Position numbers and translations under genes: made by a program
The notes under the pieces: generated by a model
Databases searched by the model: none
Seen by the model: only the letters and a program-made list of their open reading frames with translations
What the model was told of the DNA's origin: nothing
Part shown: in pieces, positions 29,154-37,048 of the stretch
How the letters are laid out: every line of letters begins with the position of its first letter
Numbering within the stretch: position 1 is the first letter of the stretch
Source of the DNA: a virus
Reading direction: 5' to 3' (one strand)
IMG/VR virus record: IMGVR_UViG_3300047496_000204
Span: 10,764-74,763 of that record
Length of the DNA: 64,000 nucleotides

Positions 29154-29220
29154 CTTTCCAAATTGTTCGTCAAGAGATTTAATATGCCCGAACTTGCTCT
29201 ATCCAATGAGCTAATGCGGC
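29026..29220. pseudogene. Scrambled tRNA-Arg(ACG) and tRNA-Lys(TTT) fragments on both strands
   Basis: Arg 5' part on minus (29195-29220), Arg 3' part on plus; Lys split at TTCG|ATC; 48-nt copy of 28291-28338 at 29149-29196. Confidence 0.7.
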
Positions 29221-29229
29221 ATTGTGTTT

Positions 29230-29314
29230 TGGTGCCTCTCTCCGGACTCGAACCGGAACTCCATTACGGAACCACGGTTTAAGCGTGGCGCGTCTACCAT
29301 TTCGCCAGAGAGGC
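29230..29314 (-). tRNA. tRNA-Leu(TAA)
   Basis: CCACG-CTTAAAC-CGTGG, variable arm, CCA. Confidence 0.92.
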
Positions 29315-29328
29315 ATTTAAAAAATGTT

Positions 29329-29405
29329 TGGTGCGCGTAGCGAGACTCGAACTCGCAAAACTTTCCGCACTCAACGGAACGACTTTACCATTTGCCCATA
29401 CGCAC
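29329..29405 (-). tRNA. tRNA-Leu(GAG), short variable loop
   Basis: TTCCG-TTGAGTG-CGGAA, CCA. Confidence 0.88.
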
Positions 29406-29417
29406 ATTTAGATATTT

Positions 29418-29494
29418 TGGTGTGCATACTCGGACTCGAACCGAGAAACTTTCCCTTCTGAGGGGAACGGCTTTACCAATTTGCCCATACGCAC
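29418..29494 (-). tRNA. tRNA-Leu(CAG), short variable loop
   Basis: TTCCC-CTCAGAA-GGGAA, CCA; paralog of the GAG gene. Confidence 0.88.
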
Positions 29495-29503
29495 AAGAAA
29501 AGA

Positions 29504-29588
29504 TGGTGGGTCATCTGGGACTCGAACCCAGGATGGCTTTCGCAACAGAGTAAGAGTCTGCCCCCTTCGCCGCTCGGGACAATGACCC
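29504..29588 (-). tRNA. tRNA with CTT (Lys) anticodon on a Tyr-like class II body
   Basis: GCAGA-CTCTTAC-TCTGT, CCCGAGCGGCGAAGGG D region, variable arm, CCA. Confidence 0.82.
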
Positions 29589-29596
29589 ATCTTTTT

Positions 29597-29684
29597 TGGT
29601 GCCTCTCTCCGGACTCGAACCGGAACGCCATTACAGCACTGAGGTTTGAAGCCAGCGCGTCTACCAATTTTTCACCAGAGAGGC
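29597..29684 (-). tRNA. tRNA-Leu(CAA), C31-C39 mismatch
   Basis: Aligns with the 29230 Leu gene: CTGGC-TTCAAAC-CTCAG. Confidence 0.8.
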
Positions 29685-29695
29685 ATTTAGAATAG

Positions 29696-29770
29696 TGGTG
29701 AACTCACTCGGATTCGAACCGAGAACCAACTCTTTAAAAGAGAGTTGCTCTACCGTTGAGCTATGAGTCC
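29696..29770 (-). tRNA. tRNA-Lys(TTT)
   Basis: ACTCT-CTTTTAA-AGAGT, CCA. Confidence 0.92.
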
Positions 29771-29771
29771 A

Positions 29772-29854
29772 TGGTGCCCTACCCCGGATTTGAACCGGGA
29801 TGCCTTGCGGCGGCAGCTTCTAAGGCTGCTGTGTATGCATTCCACCAGTAGGGC
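29772..29854 (-). tRNA. tRNA-Leu(TAG)
   Basis: GCAGC-CTTAGAA-GCTGC, variable arm, CCA. Confidence 0.92.
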
Positions 29855-29856
29855 AT

Positions 29857-29948
29857 TTGTTATATCAGATGAGACTCGAACTCACAAAACAACTAACGTT
29901 CCAAAGAACACTTCGTTGGTGTTTACCTTTTCACCACTGATATAACAA
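29857..29948 (-). ncRNA. Pseudo-tRNA with a 12-bp terminal stem and elongated anticodon arm
   Basis: TTGTTATATCAG/CTGATATAACAA, D-like and T arms present, no 7-nt anticodon loop. Confidence 0.5.
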
Positions 29949-29951
29949 GGC

Positions 29952-30023
29952 AGGCGCGCCGTAGGAATCGAACCCACATCTTCTCATTTGGAGGGAGACA
30001 ATCTACCATTGATATAGACGCCT
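29952..30023 (-). tRNA. tRNA-Trp(CCA), imperfect acceptor stem
   Basis: TCTCC-CTCCAAA-TGAGA, canonical T arm. Confidence 0.65.
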
Positions 30024-30040
30024 ATAGAGAAAAGTGTGTT

Positions 30041-30116
30041 TGGCAGAACTATCGAGACTCGAACTCGAAACTTAAGATTCGTAATCCTAGATGATAATCC
30101 ATTTCACCATAGCTCT
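30041..30116 (-). tRNA. tRNA-Arg(ACG)
   Basis: TAGGA-TTACGAA-TCTTA, AGAGCTA/TAGTTCT, G-CCA. Confidence 0.8.
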
Positions 30117-30228
30117 ACGAAACACACTTTTCTCAGAACCTTCCCCAAAAACTGCCGGGGAAGGCTTTGATTAAAACAACTTCCCCGCTGGCGACGGAAG
30201 AAGCCTTGATTCACGATGTAAAACAGAC

Positions 30229-30273
30229 AAAGAAAAACCCCGGATAAGCTTTTTTGAAAGCTCTTCCGGGGTT
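30229..30273 (-). terminator. Intrinsic terminator between leader 1 and the minus tRNA array
   Basis: AACCCCGGA...TCCGGGGTT followed by TTTCTTT on the minus strand. Confidence 0.85.
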
Positions 30274-30303
30274 GGTGTAAAATCCAACTATGTTAGGGTA
30301 AGT

Positions 30304-30396
30304 TTACCCCACGGTTGGCACACGACTCCCCGAAAACCCGAGCCACTTAAGGCGCAGGCTTTTCAAGCGGAGAGATATGCTTAACCGAGAGAACAT
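30304..30396 (-). CDS. Leader peptide 1, MFSRLSISLRLKSLRLKWLGFSGSRVPTVG (putative attenuator)
   Basis: AGGA SD 12 nt upstream, directly after the promoter, followed by the terminator; translated by hand. Confidence 0.7.
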   Translation of the reverse strand: MFSRLSISLRLKSLRLKWLGFSGSRVPTVG

Positions 30397-30456
30397 AATT
30401 AGTTTAATTCCTATATCTGTGATGCTAACGCGGGATGCGCTCGCTGTCTTGAAACC

Positions 30457-30487
30457 TATTTATCTCACAACGCTAAACCGGTGTCAA
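30457..30487 (-). promoter_or_regulatory. Promoter of the minus tRNA array, TTGACA-N17-GATAAATA
   Basis: Shares TTGTGAGATAAATAGGTT with the promoter at 35254. Confidence 0.8.
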
Positions 30488-30519
30488 TTAATTTTTCGAG
30501 ATTTTTTCATAAATAAAGA

Positions 30520-31707
30520 ATGCGATATTTTGAATTAACAGAAGGTGAAAATCAATTTCAAGCGTTTCCGCTGGCGGTTCACTTCAATAATTGGACAGAT
30601 TTTGAAAGCAAATTAGTAGAAATTTCGAAGAAAGGTTTATCTTCAGAAGAAGAGATGTGTTCTTTAATGGGTATAGATATAAATTTATACCATTCTGTAA
30701 TAGCATCTTCCATTAATAAATGGAGAGACAGCACTACTACATCGTTATTACATGGAATAGCTCATATCGACAATAATTTTCCAAAACCAGGACAACAAAT
30801 TTTTCCTAATGTGAAATGGCAAACGAGATTCTTGCTAATGGCCACGCAAACTATTCCTGGATTTAGAATGTATGTAAAAGGCATACCCGATCCTCAGAAG
30901 AGAGGGTTTTTTCTAAAAATTAATAATCAAAATGCTTTAACTGGTAATGAGGAAAAGATCAACGAAGTATTAAAAATATTATTTCTGTATAATTTCTTCA
31001 ATAGAAGTAAAAAAGTTAAATTACCTAAAATTATATATAGAGGAGTTAGAGCAAACGATTTGCTTCATAATGAGGATTTGAAAGATATAACAACAGCGAT
31101 TTGGAAATCTGATAAATCTTATTCAATGAAGCATAAAGAAGTTTTAGATATACTAATTCAATATATAGTTGATAACGGTTTGGATAAAATAGCTGATGGA
31201 AAAATATTATCTTTCACTTCTTCGATACCTGTAGCAAAATATTTTACACGTGGAGAAGGATTTATCTTACAAGTTGATCCAAAAAAAGTAAGTATAATTA
31301 CATCTGAAATACATGATGCTGATAGAGTTGGTGGAGAAGATAATTTTACTGGCAAAAAAGAAAGAGAATATATAGTAAGAATTCCTGAAAATTTTGCATG
31401 GTCAAAAGACAACATAATTATCAATGATGAAGAATATTTTATTGCTGAACAAAATCCGTTAGGTGTTTCACTTTTTTCTCATGACAATAAAGAAGCAAGT
31501 TATAATATAGATGGTTTCAAAGTAAAAGCGAAGTTTAATTGGAATTCTTCTGGAACAAACGGTTCTGTGCGTTTTAGAGTGAACGATGATTGGGTCAGTT
31601 ATAGCCGTCAAGAATGTAAAAAAACTTTTGGTTTTGATCCATTACCAACACCAGAAAATCTTAATAAGATTACGGAATTTAGGGTTCACCCCGTTAAAAA
31701 ATGGTAA
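30520..31707 (+). CDS. Putative virion-packaged ADP-ribosyltransferase-fold protein
   Basis: CATAAATA late box, MRYFELTE start, IIYRG...LSFTSS...KEREYIV. Confidence 0.6.
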   Translation: MRYFELTEGENQFQAFPLAVHFNNWTDFESKLVEISKKGLSSEEEMCSLMGIDINLYHSVIASSINKWRDSTTTSLLHGIAHIDNNFPKPGQQIFPNVKWQTRFLLMATQTIPGFRMYVKGIPDPQKRGFFLKINNQNALTGNEEKINEVLKILFLYNFFNRSKKVKLPKIIYRGVRANDLLHNEDLKDITTAIWKSDKSYSMKHKEVLDILIQYIVDNGLDKIADGKILSFTSSIPVAKYFTRGEGFILQVDPKKVSIITSEIHDADRVGGEDNFTGKKEREYIVRIPENFAWSKDNIIINDEEYFIAEQNPLGVSLFSHDNKEASYNIDGFKVKAKFNWNSSGTNGSVRFRVNDDWVSYSRQECKKTFGFDPLPTPENLNKITEFRVHPVKKW

Positions 31708-31913
31708 ATCAAATAATTTTTCGCTTGCCAATTTCTAATATAGTGGTAATATAAATTTATCGATCACACAAGGAAAGCAAACCATGCAATTCGAAGTTGG
31801 AAAAACTTCGGAATAAGCCATGCGATAAATTTTTCCCATTTTCGTCATCAAATTTCGTTGACAACCGTCAAGAAAAAATGTTTCTTGGTTCTTCGTGACA
31901 ATCAGGTGAAATT

Positions 31914-32120
31914 ATGAAGGCTATGACTGTCGAAAAAATTGAAGAAGCAATCGCGGAAGCGACGGAACTAACTTCGCCTTATATCGTTGGTCAAAAGAAA
32001 GTCAACATCAGGGTGGTGACAGTTCGGCGTCTCTTGGATGAGATTAAAGAATTACGACTCAAAGTCGCAGAATTTAACTCATCCATCATTTTGTATGGTG
32101 AAGACGTGGAAAATATATGA
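31914..32120 (+). CDS. Hypothetical protein
   Basis: ORF only. Confidence 0.5.
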   Translation: MKAMTVEKIEEAIAEATELTSPYIVGQKKVNIRVVTVRRLLDEIKELRLKVAEFNSSIILYGEDVENI

Positions 32121-32223
32121 ATCAAAAGTGGTTCAGGCCACTCGAAGGAACACTCTATAAATGGCATTCTATTTTGCTATGGCGCGGCGGCCATAGTAAA
32201 TCTGAGCTTTACCATTTGTAAAA

Positions 32224-32718
32224 TTAATTGCGGCCTAATTCAAAATGGGGACCATCTGTAAAAGGGTGAGGATTTCCTGCGGCTATATGTCGAGCCACAT
32301 AAGATTTCATTTCTTCTTCTGGTGATCCTTTATATTCCGTCAATAATTTATCCCAACATCCGCCCCAAGTGATTGGAATTGTGAGATCGATGGATGCTTG
32401 TTTCATAGCAGACACCAAAGGAAAAATTAATTTGAAATCCCATACGAAAGCTTTCCCATTCCAGGGAACTAAATCGGCGGCTCCGCTATAGCCTTTAGCT
32501 GCCCATGCTGGATTACAATCAACAATATGGTGACTGTGACGAGAATGGCTCAAGCCTTTAGCTACCAAAGCATCTTCTTCGGCTTGAGTGCGTGATTGTT
32601 CAGCGGCAAATCCGGCATCTTGAGTTGATATAGATAAAGCATGTTGAATGACAGCAATTAATTTTGGGTCTACATGCTTACAAAAAGATAATGATCGGGG
32701 TCCGAGGGAGTATGACAT
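32224..32718 (-). CDS. Peptidase M15-family endolysin (L-Ala-D-Glu peptidase-like)
   Basis: VDPKL...RTQAEE...SHH...AADLVP...ITWGGCW...DGPHFEL; AATAAATA late box before MSYSLG. Confidence 0.85.
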   Translation of the reverse strand: MSYSLGPRSLSFCKHVDPKLIAVIQHALSISTQDAGFAAEQSRTQAEEDALVAKGLSHSRHSHHIVDCNPAWAAKGYSGAADLVPWNGKAFVWDFKLIFPLVSAMKQASIDLTIPITWGGCWDKLLTEYKGSPEEEMKSYVARHIAAGNPHPFTDGPHFELGRN

Positions 32719-33243
32719 ATATCTATTTATTATCGTTGACAGATCGTTTTTTTGTAGTAAAATGGATTTATGATAAAGATTAAAGAAATCGAAGAACTTT
32801 TCTCCCTCTCGATTATCTTGATCGCAATAAGCGCGCACTATATCTGAATGAAAAAGTAACTGATCTTACTGCGATTTACATCGAGTTTGATTATCCTCTG
32901 AATAATCCAGTGACGATCAAGTTTACCAATGAAAATGGCTTTACTGTTCGCGATTTCGCCAAGGCTGTTTACGAAGGTTATACCAAGATTTATGCTGAAG
33001 AAGAAATGGCGGCAGGTGATCCCGGCCCGATTGGAGATATCGGTGGGATAACTCTCCTTAATCGTGCGCCCAGCGATGGTCCGTGACTTTCGTGATCTCT
33101 ACCTTGAAAGCTTCGTGTATATGAAATCGGCGTTGGAAGTTAAAATAATTATTGACAATCCAAAACGCGTTCAATACAAAAATAATTGCAGGCAGAAAGT
33201 CCTCACAGTTGGGTGAGGCAGAAAGTCCTGTAAGGAAAAAAAG

Positions 33244-33984
33244 ATGTATAAGCATGCGTGTAAACTAAATGTCCTAATTAATGGACGAAAAGTTAGAGAA
33301 TATCTTCACGAAAATAATACTTATATTGAAGGTCGAGATGGAAGCGCATTCGAAATTGAATTCGTAAATAACACGGTCTCTGATGTTGAAGCCGTTCTTT
33401 CTGTCGATGGTATTTCGATTATTGATGGGAAGCCAGCAGGTGAAAATAGTACCGGATATGTAGTCCGGAGATTTTCAAAGGTATCTATTCCTGGCTGGAC
33501 ACTTACCCAAAAACATGGCGCGGCATTCCGTTTTTCTGGTAAGAAAGATGCAAGCTATGCGGCGGCTGTCACTGGATCGGAAGCCAATAATGGTGTCATC
33601 GGCGCAATGGTCTTTAAAGAAAAGAATCGCCCACCGGCTAAACTAATCGCTATGGGTGGTGATCGTCCTCTTGGTAAATCTTGGCATGGTAGCGAAAAAA
33701 GTATGTATCGCTCTTATGGTAGTACCACCAGGGTTACACTTTCCAGTGACACCAATTCTCTGAATAACCTTGGGACTGAATTCGGAGAAAAGGTTGATTT
33801 TAAGACAACTTCTGTCAACTTTGAACGGGATTCTTTGCTTGGAACGTTAGTTCTCTATTATGATAGCGCGTCAGGATTGACCAAGCGTGGAATCGAAGTC
33901 AATCCTCCGAAGATCGTTGAGGCTCCAAACGCTTTTCCGGCTTCTCCGCAGTTCTGCAAGCCGCCTTCCGGCTGGCGTGAATAA
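33244..33984 (+). CDS. Hypothetical protein
   Basis: 246-aa ORF, AAGGA SD, terminator-like hairpin after the stop. Confidence 0.75.
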   Translation: MYKHACKLNVLINGRKVREYLHENNTYIEGRDGSAFEIEFVNNTVSDVEAVLSVDGISIIDGKPAGENSTGYVVRRFSKVSIPGWTLTQKHGAAFRFSGKKDASYAAAVTGSEANNGVIGAMVFKEKNRPPAKLIAMGGDRPLGKSWHGSEKSMYRSYGSTTRVTLSSDTNSLNNLGTEFGEKVDFKTTSVNFERDSLLGTLVLYYDSASGLTKRGIEVNPPKIVEAPNAFPASPQFCKPPSGWRE

Positions 33985-34041
33985 AAACCTAATTTTTGGA
34001 GAGGATGGTAAGCGTTCATCCTCTCCAAAAGAGGATTTATA

Positions 34042-34536
34042 ATGAGCAAATATGTCACGCATAAACATGGATTGAATATTGGATCAGACAATATATTTTT
34101 CGTAATCGATAGTGTTGATGCGGACGAACCGGAACTTATTTTGCCTGAAGGCGTCGCGAATTTACGCGATGGGTATCGTGCTATTGTAAGTTTTATGTCT
34201 TACCATTTCGATCAATCAGATATGTTGAATGTGTTTATAGAAACACCCGCCTCACAATTGGTGTGGTCTAATCATAAATTAATTTGGGAAGAATTGTGGG
34301 AACGCGAAGGCAAAGAATCTTATATGATCCCTCATGAAAAAACTTATTATAAGTTGAAGCCTTGGTTTGAAACATGGCTTAACAAAAATGTTGGCCCAAA
34401 ATATGAACAATGGGATACCTACACCAGAAATAGCAGAAGCGGTAAAAATTTATTTTTTAAAAAACGTAAAGACGCATTGGCTTTTGTTCGTTTGATAGAT
34501 TTGCGCCTTAAAGGCATTAAAATGGGAGATTTTTGA
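34042..34536 (+). CDS. Hypothetical protein, distant small-protein family member
   Basis: WLNKNVG...FFKKRKDALAFV. Confidence 0.6.
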   Translation: MSKYVTHKHGLNIGSDNIFFVIDSVDADEPELILPEGVANLRDGYRAIVSFMSYHFDQSDMLNVFIETPASQLVWSNHKLIWEELWEREGKESYMIPHEKTYYKLKPWFETWLNKNVGPKYEQWDTYTRNSRSGKNLFFKKRKDALAFVRLIDLRLKGIKMGDF

Positions 34537-34537
34537 A

Positions 34538-34966
34538 ATGGCTACTCGATCTAATATCGCAGTTCAACGACGCGACGGAACTTACAAAGTGATCTACTGT
34601 CATTGGGATGGCTATCCTACTGGTGTCGGGACACGTTTGATTAATTTCTATAATTCTCAGGAATTAGCCGAAGCATTAGTCGAACCGGGTGACATTTCAT
34701 ATATAGAAAAACGATGTGACGGAGCACCGGGACGCCACACCTCTGATACTCCGGTCAGCGATCAGACCGTGTATTACGGTCGAGATCGCGGTGAAGAAGG
34801 AACAGAAGGTGTTGTCGGAAATACACTAGAAGAATGCAATCATCCTACCATGGGTGGAGAATATTTTTATCTTTGGGAAAATAGAAATTGGTTAATCTCA
34901 GATGATGATGGTGAATTCGTTTCCCTTATTGATATAATAAAAAAGATGCACCAAATTTTGGTGTAG
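34538..34966 (+). CDS. Phage hypothetical protein (IYCHWDGY type), paralog 1
   Basis: Similar to 39409..39918 over most of its length. Confidence 0.75.
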   Translation: MATRSNIAVQRRDGTYKVIYCHWDGYPTGVGTRLINFYNSQELAEALVEPGDISYIEKRCDGAPGRHTSDTPVSDQTVYYGRDRGEEGTEGVVGNTLEECNHPTMGGEYFYLWENRNWLISDDDGEFVSLIDIIKKMHQILV

Positions 34967-34976
34967 GCCATAATTT

Positions 34977-35183
34977 ATGACATATATTTGGGTAATGGCT
35001 TTTTCTATTTTCACTAGAATTCATGTTTTTGACGGTGATCCTTTTGTTAATTCTATAACATTAAATGTATATGGCCCATATCAAACTGAGAAGCAATGCA
35101 TGGCTAGAGCACAAGAATTGCTTGATGAAAACTATCGTTTTTGGCCAGAAGCAACCTGTTCACGTGTTAAAATAAAAAAATGA
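34977..35183 (+). CDS. Hypothetical protein
   Basis: ORF only. Confidence 0.5.
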   Translation: MTYIWVMAFSIFTRIHVFDGDPFVNSITLNVYGPYQTEKQCMARAQELLDENYRFWPEATCSRVKIKK

Positions 35184-35253
35184 CCCGACGACCTAAGAGA
35201 AGACCCGACCCATCGTCCTAAAATGGCGTTGGAAAAATAATTTCAAAAACAAT

Positions 35254-35284
35254 TTGACAGGCTTTCGAGCTTGTGAGATAAATA
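35254..35284 (+). promoter_or_regulatory. Promoter of the plus tRNA array, TTGACA-N17-GATAAATA
   Basis: Same architecture as 30457-30487. Confidence 0.8.
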
Positions 35285-35337
35285 GGTTATCGGCTCATTC
35301 CGAGCCCCAACAGTTTTAAAAAGGACTTCCAACTTCA

Positions 35338-35475
35338 ATGTCTCGTTCCATTTCCATCGCAGCTTCTTTCGGCCAGGGCTTTACCGCCTTCGGCGCGATG
35401 ACCGCCGCCGTGGTCATTGGCGTCACAGGGATGATTGGATTCCAGAATCAACCCCCAAAAAAGGCTTCATCATGA
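35338..35475 (+). CDS. Leader peptide 2, MSRSISIAASFGQGFTAFGAMTAAVVIGVTGMIGFQNQPPKKASS (putative attenuator)
   Basis: AAGGA SD 12 nt upstream; stop codon lies in the antiterminator 5' arm; translated by hand. Confidence 0.72.
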   Translation: MSRSISIAASFGQGFTAFGAMTAAVVIGVTGMIGFQNQPPKKASS

Positions 35476-35535
35476 GTTAAAAACGCCAAACAGCGTCCTC
35501 TGATGAAGCCCCTAAGATTTCTTAGGGGCTTTTTT
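35463..35535 (+). terminator. Overlapping antiterminator (35463-35472 with 35501-35510) and terminator (35506-35535)
   Basis: GGCTTCATCA/TGATGAAGCC; AAGCCCCTAAG-ATTT-CTTAGGGGCTT followed by a U tract. Confidence 0.85.
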
Positions 35536-35570
35536 ATTGGATTGGTCGCATTTAAATACCTTATAACATA

Positions 35571-35660
35571 CAGGATGTAGCTCAGTCTGGCCGGAGCAGC
35601 GGTTTTGGAAACCGAAGGCGTGAAACGATTTCGTAGGTTCAAATCCTACCATCCTGACCA
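35571..35660 (+). tRNA. tRNA-Pro(TGG) with an enlarged variable region
   Basis: C1-G72, A73, CGGT-TTTGGAA-ACCG, CCA. Confidence 0.8.
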
Positions 35661-35729
35661 ATTTCTACCGAATGGAAATGTTCTTTATTTTTCATTCAGT
35701 TCTTTGACATCGTTAGAATATTTTAGTTG

Positions 35730-35848
35730 TATCTGGAAGCAATTCCAGGTATGGTTAATTTCTATCGTCAATTACGAATGGTTGCCCTAGTGGTATCCGA
35801 CAGTAATTGACGATAGAAATTAACTGTATCTGAGATTGCTTCCAGATA
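35730..35848 (+). repeat. 46-bp imperfect inverted repeat (long hairpin)
   Basis: Most substitutions retain G-U pairing on the plus strand. Confidence 0.85.
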
Positions 35849-35855
35849 TAAAATT

Positions 35856-36326
35856 CTAACTCTCTAAAGTGTTGGCAGGTGGCACATCCGGTTTGGGGCC
35901 GGGGGGCGCAGATTCGAATTCTGCTGGGGAGACCAAGTTTATTATAAAGTCTATAATAGATTGTAGAGACCCAAATCTCAAATCTATTTTATATTTTACG
36001 GAATCCATTTTTTCTTTACTTCTTTCAATGACTCTGTCATTTTTTGGATCAAGATATACGTTATATTTTGGTAAATAAAAGTCAGGGAAATAATTTCGCG
36101 GTTTTCCAGTAGAGTCAACCCAAGGTATAGGAATGGGTCGTGTCCAAACAATACCCAATTCATCAAGTTTTTCTGCAACTTTAACTTCCCAACTTGATTG
36201 TAAATTCACCGATTTATTCATATTTTTACAAAAATACGGAATAGACATGCATTTACCCCATTTATGTGTGATTGCAGATGCGGCGCATGATGCAGAACTT
36301 TTTATGCGTTTTCCATTGCAATTCAA
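35856..36326 (-). CDS. PD-(D/E)xK (TnsA-like) endonuclease domain
   Basis: YFPDFYLPKYNVYLDPK; probably one split gene together with 36323..36703. Confidence 0.7.
   Translation of the reverse strand: MNCNGKRIKSSASCAASAITHKWGKCMSIPYFCKNMNKSVNLQSSWEVKVAEKLDELGIVWTRPIPIPWVDSTGKPRNYFPDFYLPKYNVYLDPKNDRVIERSKEKMDSVKYKIDLRFGSLQSIIDFIINLVSPAEFESAPPGPKPDVPPANTLES
35860..35935 (+). tRNA. tRNA-Pro(TGG)
   Basis: CTCTCTA/TGGGGAG, TCCGG-TTTGGGG-CCGGG, CCA; antisense to the end of the endonuclease ORF. Confidence 0.75.
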
Positions 36327-36703
36327 ATGTGTTCAAACACGCGTATTATACGTTCAACTTTTATTTTTCCTTTAAACGGAGAAATTATTTTGAGACCTTT
36401 CATTTTTTTCGAAACATTTATTGCTTGTCTCGCTCTTACTTCTGGGCTTCGTCTTTTCATATTAAATGACGCTCCACAACTCTTTCCGCAGAATTTGTTT
36501 TCTTTATTAAATATTTGTGAATTGCATTCTAAGCAATATTTTTTATTTTCTTCTTTGTAAATACAAGATTTTTCATGTCTTTTAATACTACTCTTAGGAA
36601 TTTCGCATTCACAATGCGGGCATTGTTCTTTAATAGCGTTGGCTTTTAATCTCGCAGCATTAGCATTTTGAATATGTTGTTCTGATTTTTGATAATTACT
36701 CAT
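36323..36703 (-). CDS. Zinc-finger N-terminal half of the split endonuclease
   Basis: CPHC, CLEC and FCGKSC; ACTAAATA box at 36708-36715. Confidence 0.65.
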   Translation of the reverse strand: MSNYQKSEQHIQNANAARLKANAIKEQCPHCECEIPKSSIKRHEKSCIYKEENKKYCLECNSQIFNKENKFCGKSCGASFNMKRRSPEVRARQAINVSKKMKGLKIISPFKGKIKVERIIRVFEHI

Positions 36704-36808
36704 CTTCTATTTAGTCAGAAAAGACGGTTTCGAACCGACTATTTTGCGGACTTGATAAAATAAATATATTGACAAAATATCTTGATTTGGATAGCATATA
36801 TAAACTAT

Positions 36809-36881
36809 GCGGGATTGGTATATTGTTTGTGCCTCACCCTTCCAAGGTGATGAAATCAGTTAGATTCTGATATCCCGCTCC
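36809..36881 (+). tRNA. tRNA-Gly(TCC), atypical T loop
   Basis: GCGGGAT/ATCCCGC, U73, TCACC-CTTCCAA-GGTGA. Confidence 0.75.
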
Positions 36882-37048
36882 CATAAAGGTAAACAGATGA
36901 ATTTTGAATCTTTTGTAACTGCCGCAAGCTTGCTTTTTATTTTATTTGGTGTTATTATAGTTTGTAATCGTTAGAATCGTTTTAAAATGGGGAATCATGG
37001 ATGCCACTATTGAAAAATAGCGATGGTTAGGTATTGATCCATTTTTAA

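Noticed and set aside
29597-29684. Possible TCA (opal suppressor) anticodon in CTTCAAA
   Set aside because: Alignment with the paralogous Leu(TAA) gene places the loop at TTCAAAC, giving CAA; the TCA reading needs a 2-nt bulge.
29408-29945. ORF-track calls overlapping tRNA arrays (also 37534-37811, 40029-40259, 41289-41945, 46546-46851)
   Set aside because: They overlap well-formed tRNA genes, lack SD sequences and have no protein motifs.
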